NCBI GenBank assembly: GCA_045651525.1
Contig: JAZRSO010000036.1
Span: forward strand, 2,016 to 66,015
Source: Candidatus Enterousia sp.
Lineage (GTDB): Bacteria; Pseudomonadota; Alphaproteobacteria; Rs-D84
Reading direction: 5' to 3'
DNA: 64,000 nucleotides
Shown here: in pieces, positions 1 through 6,828 of the stretch
Layout of the letters: each line of letters opens with the position of its first letter
How positions within the stretch are numbered: position 1 is the stretch's first letter
The notes under the pieces: model-generated
What the model saw: the letters and a program-made list of their open reading frames with translations, nothing else
Databases searched by the model: none
Told to the model about the DNA's origin: nothing
Program-made: the position numbers and the translations under genes

Positions 1-791
1 TTGTTGGCAGTTGCGCGCAATAAATCAGGTCTGGTCTTTTGCGCCTGTGCGAACAATTCATCCAACGATTTTGTTTCTGATATACTGGCAATTTCAGCCG
101 GCATATCTGCAATTGTTATATCTTGGTCGGCAGAAAAAGACAGCTTTGCAAGCAATGCCCCTTTGGTAATTTCACGATTATTTTTTGCACGCTCTAAATC
201 CAAATCACGACTGGCCAATGTTGTATCGGCCTTTAACACATCAGCACGTGCAACAGAACCGGCCTTGAACTTTTTTTGTGCAGTATCACGGGCAGTCTGT
301 GCAACATCACGCAACATTTGCGCAGACTTAACATCTGCATTTGCGTTCAGCAACGCATAATAAGAACCAATTAAACCATAAATATAATTCTGAACACTTT
401 CGTCATAATCAAAACCAGCCGCACGCCATGACGCAGCCGCCTGATTTAAATCAGCCAATCTTTTACCAAAATCAAATATCAGATAAGATGCAGACAAAGA
501 CGCACCATACGACCAATCGCCCCATTGTTCATTACGATATGGCAAATTTGCATTTGCACCGACACTAAGACTGGGTAAATATTTTGCATAACTGGCATTT
601 TTGGAAAAGCGCGCCGATTCGTACGCCAAATAAGACGCGGTTGTTTGCGGATTTCTGCACAATCCCAAATCAATAATCTGTTGTAATGTTAATTCTTGAC
701 TTGGAACATCCATACGTGTTGCACAATCTGTAATCTGTGCAAACGCAGAAAACGGCACTAAAAACAGTGATAAAAAGGTTAATTTTCTCAT
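1..791 (-). CDS. tolC: TolC-family outer-membrane efflux channel, N-terminal ~263 codons (gene continues past left window edge)
   Basis: Checked codon by codon: frame 3..791 (minus) has no stop and starts at ATG 791..789. It is absent from the supplied ORF track because it has no in-window stop. Product starts MRKLTFLSLFLVPFSAFAQ (signal peptide), then LTLQQIIDLGLCRNPQTTASYLAYESARF and AGSVARADVLKADTTLASRDLDLERAKNN, typical of OMF/TolC proteins. Confidence 0.7.
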   Translation of the reverse strand, partial: MRKLTFLSLFLVPFSAFAQITDCATRMDVPSQELTLQQIIDLGLCRNPQTTASYLAYESARFSKNASYAKYLPSLSVGANANLPYRNEQWGDWSYGASLSASYLIFDFGKRLADLNQAAASWRAAGFDYDESVQNYIYGLIGSYYALLNANADVKSAQMLRDVAQTARDTAQKKFKAGSVARADVLKADTTLASRDLDLERAKNNREITKGALLAKLSFSADQDITIADMPAEIASISETKSLDELFAQAQKTRPDLLRATAN

Positions 792-884
792 GTACATTCT
801 CTCTGAATCAAATTTATTTTATATGATAAACATTTTTCTGTTGAATTACAAATATTTTTTGCGTAATATAAGTTCGCTGGTTCA

Positions 885-958
885 GGCCTGGTGGCAGAGT
901 GGTTATGCAGAGGACTGCAAATCCTTCTATGCCGGTTCGATTCCGACCCAGGCCTCCA
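885..958 (+). tRNA. tRNA-Cys (anticodon GCA), CCA encoded
   Basis: Acceptor GGCCTGG pairs with CCAGGCC. Anticodon loop is CTGCAAA, T-arm is GGTTCGATTCC, and the 3' end is T-CCA. Length 74 nt. Confidence 0.9.
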
Positions 959-961
959 AAT

Positions 962-990
962 AAAAAAACACCCCTTGTGGGTGTTTTTTT
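962..990 (+). terminator. Intrinsic terminator after tRNA-Cys
   Basis: Stem CACCC/GGGTG with loop cttgt, followed by a T7 run. It is homologous to the terminators at 1491-1514 and 1969-1993. Confidence 0.75.
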
Positions 991-1036
991 GTTTGAAAAT
1001 CATAAAGCAGAGAACCGGCATCCCCATAAATTTTGT

Positions 1037-1065
1037 TTGAAAATAAGTTTTATCTATGTTACATT
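1037..1065 (+). promoter_or_regulatory. Sigma70-like promoter, cassette copy 1
   Basis: TTGAAA (1037-1042), 17 nt spacer, TACATT (1060-1065). Confidence 0.5.
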
Positions 1066-1279
1066 TGTCAGTGAATCCATAGCGATGTGGGTTTGGGCTG
1101 TAGTAAGCTCGTAAAACGTACGGTGCAGTATCGCATCGTAAAATATATCATTGGTGTATTCTGCACCGTTATGCTGCGACCTGTATGGTTGGGCAGCCGC
1201 ATGTTCGTAAGACTGCGGAGTCATTACGTTTTATGATTTACTAACTGCCCGACCACTTTTTTAAGTGGTCTTGTTTTTT
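1061..1279 (+). ncRNA. Unclassified structured 5' leader / attenuator-type RNA, copy 1
   Basis: Five hairpins plus terminator GACCACTT-tttt-AAGTGGTC and T-run (1251-1279). TGGTTGGGCAG (1186-1196) is complementary to CTGCCCGACCA (1245-1255), a candidate antiterminator. There is no long ORF. The boundaries are approximate. Confidence 0.6.
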
Positions 1280-1295
1280 ACCAAAGGAAAAATCT

Positions 1296-1490
1296 ATGGA
1301 ACAAATAATAACGGGGCGCGACATTGAAAAATTCAGACAAGAACACAATTTTCATATCTTTGTTATGTGTAACGTTTTAGGAATTGTAACAGAACTGGAA
1401 TATCATAAAATCATCGCATATCGAAAGCGCTTAACCGTATTTCAACAAATCTCTTTTATTGAATTCAAGTCCACATTCCGCAAACAATAA
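1296..1490 (+). CDS. 64-aa hypothetical protein, weak XRE-type helix-turn-helix resemblance
   Basis: AAGGA, 7 nt, then ATG. Product MEQIITGRDIEKFRQEHNFHIFVMCNVLGIVTELEYHKII... It has its own terminator and is duplicated at 1774-1968 with a single change (F19L). Confidence 0.55.
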   Translation: MEQIITGRDIEKFRQEHNFHIFVMCNVLGIVTELEYHKIIAYRKRLTVFQQISFIEFKSTFRKQ

Positions 1491-1515
1491 AACGCTCCTT
1501 GTGGGTGTTTTTTAT

Positions 1516-1544
1516 TTGAAAATAAGTTTTATCTATGTTACATT
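1516..1544 (+). promoter_or_regulatory. Sigma70-like promoter, cassette copy 2
   Basis: TTGAAA (1516-1521), 17 nt spacer, TACATT (1539-1544). Confidence 0.5.
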
Positions 1545-1757
1545 TGCCAGTGAATCCATAGCGATGTGGGTTTGGGCTGTAGCAAGCCCATAACAAGAAC
1601 GGTGCAGTACTGCATCGTAAAACAATCGCAGATGTATTCTGCACCGTTATGCTGCGACCTGTATGGTTGGGCAGCCGCATGTTCGTAAGACTGCGGAATC
1701 ATTACTTGTTATGATTTGCTAACTGCCCGACCACTTTTTTAAGTGGTCTTGTTTTTT
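1540..1757 (+). ncRNA. Unclassified structured 5' leader / attenuator-type RNA, copy 2
   Basis: Same architecture as 1061-1279, with the terminator hairpin plus T-run ending at 1757. Differences from copy 1 are concentrated in the loops and apical part of the hairpins. Confidence 0.6.
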
Positions 1758-1773
1758 ACCAAAGGAAAAATCT

Positions 1774-1968
1774 ATGGAACAAATAATAACGGGGCGCGAC
1801 ATTGAAAAATTCAGACAAGAACACAATTTACATATCTTTGTTATGTGTAACGTTTTAGGAATTGTAACAGAACTGGAATATCATAAAATCATCGCATATC
1901 GAAAGCGCTTAACCGTATTTCAACAAATCTCTTTTATTGAATTCAAGTCCACATTCCGCAAACAATAA
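1774..1968 (+). CDS. 64-aa hypothetical protein (paralog of 1296-1490)
   Basis: Identical RBS spacing. The protein differs from copy 1 at one residue. Confidence 0.55.
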   Translation: MEQIITGRDIEKFRQEHNLHIFVMCNVLGIVTELEYHKIIAYRKRLTVFQQISFIEFKSTFRKQ

Positions 1969-1993
1969 AATGCCCCTTGCGGGCGTTTTTTTT
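1969..1993 (+). terminator. Intrinsic terminator after second micro-ORF
   Basis: Stem TGCCC/GGGCG with loop cttgc, followed by a T8 run. Confidence 0.7.
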
Positions 1994-2012
1994 AATGTGT
2001 ATGATATGCATT

Positions 2013-3092
2013 ATGATAATAAGTTTAAGTTTGACTGATTTTAGAAATCATACCGCATGTCGCATAAATACATCTGGGCGACATAATGTTATTATTACCG
2101 GCCCCAATGGCGCCGGCAAGACCGCAATATTAGAAGCAATTTCAATGCTGTCTGGCGAACGTGGCATGCGTGGCGCAACAATGTCTGATATCGCACGATT
2201 TAATGGCGATGGTGGCTTTTGTGTTTTTGCAACATCTGATAACGATACAGATATGTGTGTTTATTTTTCATCTGGTGACACAAATCGTCGTGCAAAAATA
2301 GACGGCGAAAATGCACCACTGTCCGAACTGGCACAACATACACGCGTTATATGGCTAACCCCAAAAGAAGACAGATTGTTTGTTGATTCTGCATCTGAAC
2401 GTCGCGCATTCTTTGACAGGCTGGCGACCAGTTTTGACGCATCGCACGCAGGACGCACCGCAAAGTTATCAAAGCTGTTATCAGAACGCGCATTCGCATT
2501 AAAATCTGGGTCTGACATTCATTGGTTGAACGCGTTGGACGCACAAATCGCAGGTGCCAGTGTTGCAATCGCTGTTGCCAGAATACAATACGCTGGCGAA
2601 TTAAATTACTTTTTGAAAAAGTCTGCAATATCTGTTTCTGGAATATTGGAACAAATGCTGATTGACGGCTTATCCGCAGGGGATGCAGAAAGAAAATATC
2701 TGGAATACTTAAAAGAAAACAGAACATTGGTCGGCGATAAAATGGTCTTGGACGGGCCACACAAATCAGACTTTGGTGTTTTTAATACAGAATTAAATTT
2801 ACCTGCGCATTTAACCAGTACAGGTCAGCAAAAAACTGTTTTAATAGATTTAATTTTGGCACACGCAAAATTACTGCATACAAAAACAGGAAATCAGCCA
2901 CTGATTTTATTGGACGAAGCAGCAGCACACTTGGACACAAACGCACGCGAAAACTTATTTACAGAACTGCATGATTCAAACGCCCAGGTTTGGGCAACAG
3001 GATTGGACGCAGAAATATTTAAAAATGTTCCTGATGCTGTATTTGTTACTTGCCATAATGGGGAAATAAGTAATATAGTATTGGCGGAGTAA
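2013..3092 (+). CDS. recF: DNA replication/repair protein RecF
   Basis: MIISLSLTDFRNH..., Walker A GPNGAGKTAILEAI and C-terminal LILLDEAAAHLD. Start moved to ATG 2013 because 1977-2012 lies inside the upstream terminator. Confidence 0.85.
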   Translation: MIISLSLTDFRNHTACRINTSGRHNVIITGPNGAGKTAILEAISMLSGERGMRGATMSDIARFNGDGGFCVFATSDNDTDMCVYFSSGDTNRRAKIDGENAPLSELAQHTRVIWLTPKEDRLFVDSASERRAFFDRLATSFDASHAGRTAKLSKLLSERAFALKSGSDIHWLNALDAQIAGASVAIAVARIQYAGELNYFLKKSAISVSGILEQMLIDGLSAGDAERKYLEYLKENRTLVGDKMVLDGPHKSDFGVFNTELNLPAHLTSTGQQKTVLIDLILAHAKLLHTKTGNQPLILLDEAAAHLDTNARENLFTELHDSNAQVWATGLDAEIFKNVPDAVFVTCHNGEISNIVLAE

Positions 3093-3097
3093 AAGAA

Positions 3098-3562
3098 ATG
3101 GCACGTATTGATTATCAAACATTACTAGATAACGCATTAAAGTCAGTCGTCAAAGATGCACTGATTCATGCACAGTTTAATGGATTGGGTGATGGAACGC
3201 ACTTTTTTATAACTTTCCGTACACGCGACGCGGGGGTTGTTCTGCCGGACTTTTTGCGCATCAGATACCCAGATATTATGACAATTGTATTGCAATATTC
3301 TTATAACAACCTGCATGTATCTGACAAAGAATTTGGTGTACAGCTGACGTTTGACGGTCGCCCGTTCTTTATTCGCGTTCCATTTTCTGCGCTGGTTGAA
3401 TTCAAAGACCCATCTGTTGACTTTATGTTGTCTTTTCAAACAAAGTCACAAACGCAGGCCGCAGATAACGATATGGAATTACCGCTGGACGAAAAACCAG
3501 ATACTGTTCCAGACCCAGGTCGGGTTGTATCACTGGACGAATTTAGAAAAAACAGAAAATAA
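3098..3562 (+). CDS. sspB: ClpXP adaptor SspB (alphaproteobacterial type)
   Basis: HFFITFRTRDAGVVLPDFLRIRYPDIMTIVLQ...VPFSALVEFKDPSV closely resembles my recollection of Caulobacter SspB-alpha. The C-terminal tail is acidic. Confidence 0.75.
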   Translation: MARIDYQTLLDNALKSVVKDALIHAQFNGLGDGTHFFITFRTRDAGVVLPDFLRIRYPDIMTIVLQYSYNNLHVSDKEFGVQLTFDGRPFFIRVPFSALVEFKDPSVDFMLSFQTKSQTQAADNDMELPLDEKPDTVPDPGRVVSLDEFRKNRK

Positions 3563-3589
3563 AAATACCGGTGTTTGCCGGTGTTTTTA
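3561..3589. terminator. Bidirectional terminator between sspB and queH
   Basis: Stem ATACCGG/CCGGTGT flanked by an A-run and a T-run. Belongs to the CACCGG...CCGGTG terminator family. Confidence 0.7.
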
Positions 3590-4132
3590 TATCTTTCTGA
3601 TACTAAATTCACAGCCACAATAATTCTGACGATAAAATTCTGATTCTCGATTTATCTGAATACGCAAATTTTCATCCCATTTTATCGGCACATATTCAAT
3701 ATCACCACAAACATTTTGGGCGGCGGTGTCAACCTGTGGCTGACTTTTATGACGCGACACACCTAATACACTTGCAATCGCATTATATCCATTTTCACGC
3801 GCAAATTTTTCCGCACGACGAAATCTGTATTCAAAACACAGACTGCAACGCGGACCACGTTCAGGCGCAGTTTCATAACCACGCACCGCATCGCGCCATG
3901 CGTCATGGTCGTATTCCAGCACCGCATATTTTACACCCAAACTTTCACAGTATTTAATTTGTTCCTGCATACGTTTTGTATATTCTGATTCTGGAAAAAT
4001 ATTTGGGTTGTAAAACAAGACAATAAAGTCAGATACGCCATCTATTTTATTTTCTGCCAGTTGTTTTATTGCACCTGACGAACATGGCGCACAACAAGAC
4101 AATAAAACAAGACGTAGTTTATTATCTGACAT
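3587..4132 (-). CDS. queH: Epoxyqueuosine reductase QueH (DUF208)
   Basis: LLSCCAPCS, FYNPNIFPESEY, RCSLCFEYR and the C-terminal YRQNYCGCEFS are QueH hallmark motifs. Confidence 0.85.
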   Translation of the reverse strand: MSDNKLRLVLLSCCAPCSSGAIKQLAENKIDGVSDFIVLFYNPNIFPESEYTKRMQEQIKYCESLGVKYAVLEYDHDAWRDAVRGYETAPERGPRCSLCFEYRFRRAEKFARENGYNAIASVLGVSRHKSQPQVDTAAQNVCGDIEYVPIKWDENLRIQINRESEFYRQNYCGCEFSIRKI

Positions 4133-4664
4133 TTTGCAACATTTTTGCTAATATTTCTGGGATTGTTCCGGTTGTTTTTGGATAAATCTGTTTCATATCC
4201 TTATTCACAACAATATCATTATTATCCAATTCATGCCAAAAAACATTTGTTGAAACAGGAAATACACATGGTTTTGTGGCACCCATTTCTTTCAGACCAA
4301 CACAATAATCTGTGTAAACACCTGTCTGAATCGCAGGTACATTTAAATTCATACTATTTATTTCAGGAAAAAACCTGAATCTTGGATTACTGTTTTTAAT
4401 TTTTTTCGCACTTGTGATTTCTTCTGCAACCCATAATGATAACTTTTTTGTTTTAACATTATGTGTTTTTAGACCTGAACTCATACAGTGATTTTCTTTT
4501 ATTGTTTTGCTCAGTTCTATTTTATAAACATTTACATTAACGAATAAAAGTTTCTTTATATCTTCAATGTTTTTGAAATTACTTTTTATTGTCAACCCGT
4601 CCAAATATAAACGCAGCGCTAACACTTCGTGCACTCCTGTGTTTTCTTTTTTAAATTCGGCCAT
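4122..4664 (-). CDS. Hypothetical protein (180 aa)
   Basis: AAGGGA RBS. Overlaps the queH start by 11 nt and sits between metG and queH. The C-terminal VVNKDMKQIYPK resembles CVID(S/N)K(S/T)LKQIYPP of the genes at 56797 and 57316. Confidence 0.5.
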   Translation of the reverse strand: MAEFKKENTGVHEVLALRLYLDGLTIKSNFKNIEDIKKLLFVNVNVYKIELSKTIKENHCMSSGLKTHNVKTKKLSLWVAEEITSAKKIKNSNPRFRFFPEINSMNLNVPAIQTGVYTDYCVGLKEMGATKPCVFPVSTNVFWHELDNNDIVVNKDMKQIYPKTTGTIPEILAKMLQNVR

Positions 4665-4677
4665 TATTCTATCCCTT

Positions 4678-6669
4678 TTAATCTAATTTATATTCTTCGC
4701 CGATATTATATTCTGGATTCAGTTCAATGATGTTTTTATCATCATCGCCACGTCCCAATTCTGCAGCGCTGCACATCATGCCGAATGATTCAACACCTGC
4801 AACTGTGCGTTGTGACATTGGCTTTTTCATACCTGGCAATTTACAACCAACCGGCGCCAAGACACCACGCAAACCAACATATACATTTGGCGCACCACAC
4901 ACAATTTGTACATTTTCGTTTGAACCATAATTTACATCCAATACGTGCAAATCTTCACGAGACGGATGATTTTTTACAGCAACAATTTCTGCAACAACTG
5001 GCGTTGGTGAATTGTCTTCTTTTTTCGCAGTATATTTTTCAATCAGCATTTTTACCGTATCATCATCAATACGATTAAACAGATTTTCAGGCACAACAAA
5101 TTCATCACCGTCTTTGATACGATGTTCATATTTTGTTGGCCATGAAAAATCATGCGCAACAGTAAATACTTTTTGCATTTTTTCCGCAGTATCTGGGATA
5201 AATGGCGCAGACACACGTGCAAACAAATCTATCATCTGCATACATTCATTTAATACCGCACCCGCAGTCATCACATCGCCATTTTTTACCAATGCCCATG
5301 GTTCCATCTTGGTCATATATTCATTTCCAATCGCATACAGACCACGCAGTGCCGCAATTGATTTACGAAATTCGCACGCATCCAGCGCAGACGTCAATTC
5401 AGATATTTTTTCGTTTATTTGTGATTCCAGTTCTGTATTTTTTTCGCCAGTTTTTGGTACAACATTACCAAAATTTTTCTGGGTCAGTTTACATACACGG
5501 CTGACAAAATTTCCCAACATTCCGTTCAGGTCTTTGTTCACGATATCTGCGAAACGTGATACTGTAAAATCTGTATCGTCTGTTTCTGGTGCAGATGCCA
5601 ATAATGTATATCTCCAACAATCTGATGGAGCAATTATAATCGCATCATTCAAGAATATTCCATTACCTGTGGATTTAGAAACCTTGCCACCTTCAAAGTT
5701 CAAGAAGTTAAAACCCTTTAACATATCAACTGTTTTCCATCCATCATCCATCGCTAATTCCTGGGCCGGAAAGAATATTGAATGAAACGATACATTATCT
5801 TTGGCCATAAACTGTGCATAATGTGTATCTGGATTTTTCCACCAATCAGCCCAATTTTCATTTGCATCTTGAGATATAGAAACATATCCCCATGGCGCGT
5901 CAAACCAAACATAGAAAACTTTGTTTTCATAACCTGGTTTATTGACAGGAATTCCCCATTTCAAATCACGGGTAATTGGGCCGTCATGCAAACCTTCGTC
6001 CAGCCATTTATTCGCAATTGCCAGTGCCGTTTTAGACCAGCCAACACGCGAATCAATCCATTTGCGCAACGCACCCTGCATTTCACTATATTTGAAGTAC
6101 AGATGTTTTGTTTCCCTCATTTCTACGGGCGAATCAGGCACAACCGCACTGTGTGGATTTATCAGTTGGGATGGTTCCAAGTTTGCAAAGCATTTATCAC
6201 ATTCGTTTCCATATGCGCGTTCATATCCACACTTTGGACAGGTGCCGACAACAAAACGATCTGCCAAGAATTTTTCTTCTTTGACAGAATATGGCTGCAT
6301 TGATACTTTTTCAACCAGCATACCCTGCTCTTCCAAGCGCTGGAACAAACTTTGAATTAATTTTTCATGTGTTTTTGTGTGGGTGCGACCATATAAGTCA
6401 AATGATAAATTAAAATCCTTGATAGATTCCAATTGAAACGCGCGATATTTTTCAACATATTCTTCAACAGGCATATTTTCTTTGTATGCGCCAATTTCAC
6501 TGGCAGTGCCGTGTTCATCAGACCCTGCGACCAGCAAAACATCACGCCCCATCGCACGACAAAAACGTGCGTAAACGTCACTTGGCAACAAACAGCCGAC
6601 CAAGTGGCCGATATGTAAATTATTGTTCACGTATGGTAATGCAGATGTAACTAAATATTTTTTTGACAT
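4678..6669 (-). CDS. metG: Methionine--tRNA ligase with C-terminal tRNA-binding domain
   Basis: MSKKYLVTSALPYVNNNLHIGHLVG (HIGH motif), KVSKSTGN (KMSKS motif) and a C-terminal Trbp111/EMAP-like domain (VCGAPNV...). Start set at ATG 6669, because the track's upstream extension crosses a terminator hairpin. Confidence 0.9.
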   Translation of the reverse strand: MSKKYLVTSALPYVNNNLHIGHLVGCLLPSDVYARFCRAMGRDVLLVAGSDEHGTASEIGAYKENMPVEEYVEKYRAFQLESIKDFNLSFDLYGRTHTKTHEKLIQSLFQRLEEQGMLVEKVSMQPYSVKEEKFLADRFVVGTCPKCGYERAYGNECDKCFANLEPSQLINPHSAVVPDSPVEMRETKHLYFKYSEMQGALRKWIDSRVGWSKTALAIANKWLDEGLHDGPITRDLKWGIPVNKPGYENKVFYVWFDAPWGYVSISQDANENWADWWKNPDTHYAQFMAKDNVSFHSIFFPAQELAMDDGWKTVDMLKGFNFLNFEGGKVSKSTGNGIFLNDAIIIAPSDCWRYTLLASAPETDDTDFTVSRFADIVNKDLNGMLGNFVSRVCKLTQKNFGNVVPKTGEKNTELESQINEKISELTSALDACEFRKSIAALRGLYAIGNEYMTKMEPWALVKNGDVMTAGAVLNECMQMIDLFARVSAPFIPDTAEKMQKVFTVAHDFSWPTKYEHRIKDGDEFVVPENLFNRIDDDTVKMLIEKYTAKKEDNSPTPVVAEIVAVKNHPSREDLHVLDVNYGSNENVQIVCGAPNVYVGLRGVLAPVGCKLPGMKKPMSQRTVAGVESFGMMCSAAELGRGDDDKNIIELNPEYNIGEEYKLD

Positions 6670-6828
6670 TTTTATTTTTCCTTTGCCTGTATTCTTAAAA
6701 AAATAGACGCCAACGGGGGCGTCTACCGATTCCCGTTGAAAATAATTCAAGATTAAATTTGCATTCGCATTGTTTTGTTTCACCTCAAAAATCACAATGA
6801 TTATAACAGAGCTTTTTATCTTTGCAAC
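6670..6828 (-). promoter_or_regulatory. metG leader: promoter followed by intrinsic terminator (putative attenuator)
   Basis: Read on the minus strand: TTGCAA (6827-6822), 16 nt, TATAAT (6805-6800). Then hairpin TAGACGCC/GGCGTCTA (6725-6704) with a T7 run (6703-6697), ending 27 nt before the metG ATG. Confidence 0.5.

Larger units (their letters stand above)
1036..1992 (+). repeat. Tandem direct duplication of two ~479-bp units (1036-1514 and 1515-1992)
   Basis: Aligned by eye. The units are near-identical (ORF offset 478 nt, promoter offset 479 nt, so one indel). About 20 substitutions fall in the ~215-nt non-coding part and 1 in the 195-nt ORF. Confidence 0.95.

Noticed and set aside
1-360. 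119-aa plus-strand ORF at the left edge
   Set aside because: It lies antisense to a much better TolC-like frame (3..791, minus strand) that has a signal peptide and family motifs. The plus-strand product is low-complexity (Ala/Ser/Asn-rich) and has no RBS.
788-1114. ORFs 788..1027 (-) and 899..1114 (+)
   Set aside because: Both run through tRNA-Cys and its terminator, so they are artefacts of six-frame translation.
1061-1279. Leader as a known riboswitch or T-box
   Set aside because: I could not find the hallmark sequences I remember: the T-box AGGGUGG...ACCGCG, the B12 box, TPP CUGAGA, FMN, SAM, glycine, c-di-GMP, fluoride, ykkC or ZTP motifs. This is memory-based only; an Rfam scan is still needed.
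1036-1992. Tandem repeat as a CRISPR array, a DGR template/variable-repeat pair, or a retron
   Set aside because: There are only two units of about 479 bp, and each contains a promoter, an ORF and terminators, so this is not a CRISPR array. The mismatches are not adenine-specific and no reverse transcriptase is nearby, so it is not a DGR or retron.
5012-6355. Long plus-strand ORFs (257, 173 and 137 aa) inside metG
   Set aside because: They are antisense to a well-supported metG frame, have Ser/Phe/Ile-rich low-complexity products, and lack RBSs.
6670-6795. 42-codon N-terminal extension of metG (GTG at 6795)
   Set aside because: It is in frame but reads straight through an intrinsic terminator hairpin and T-run. 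The MetRS homology and a proper RBS begin at ATG 6669.
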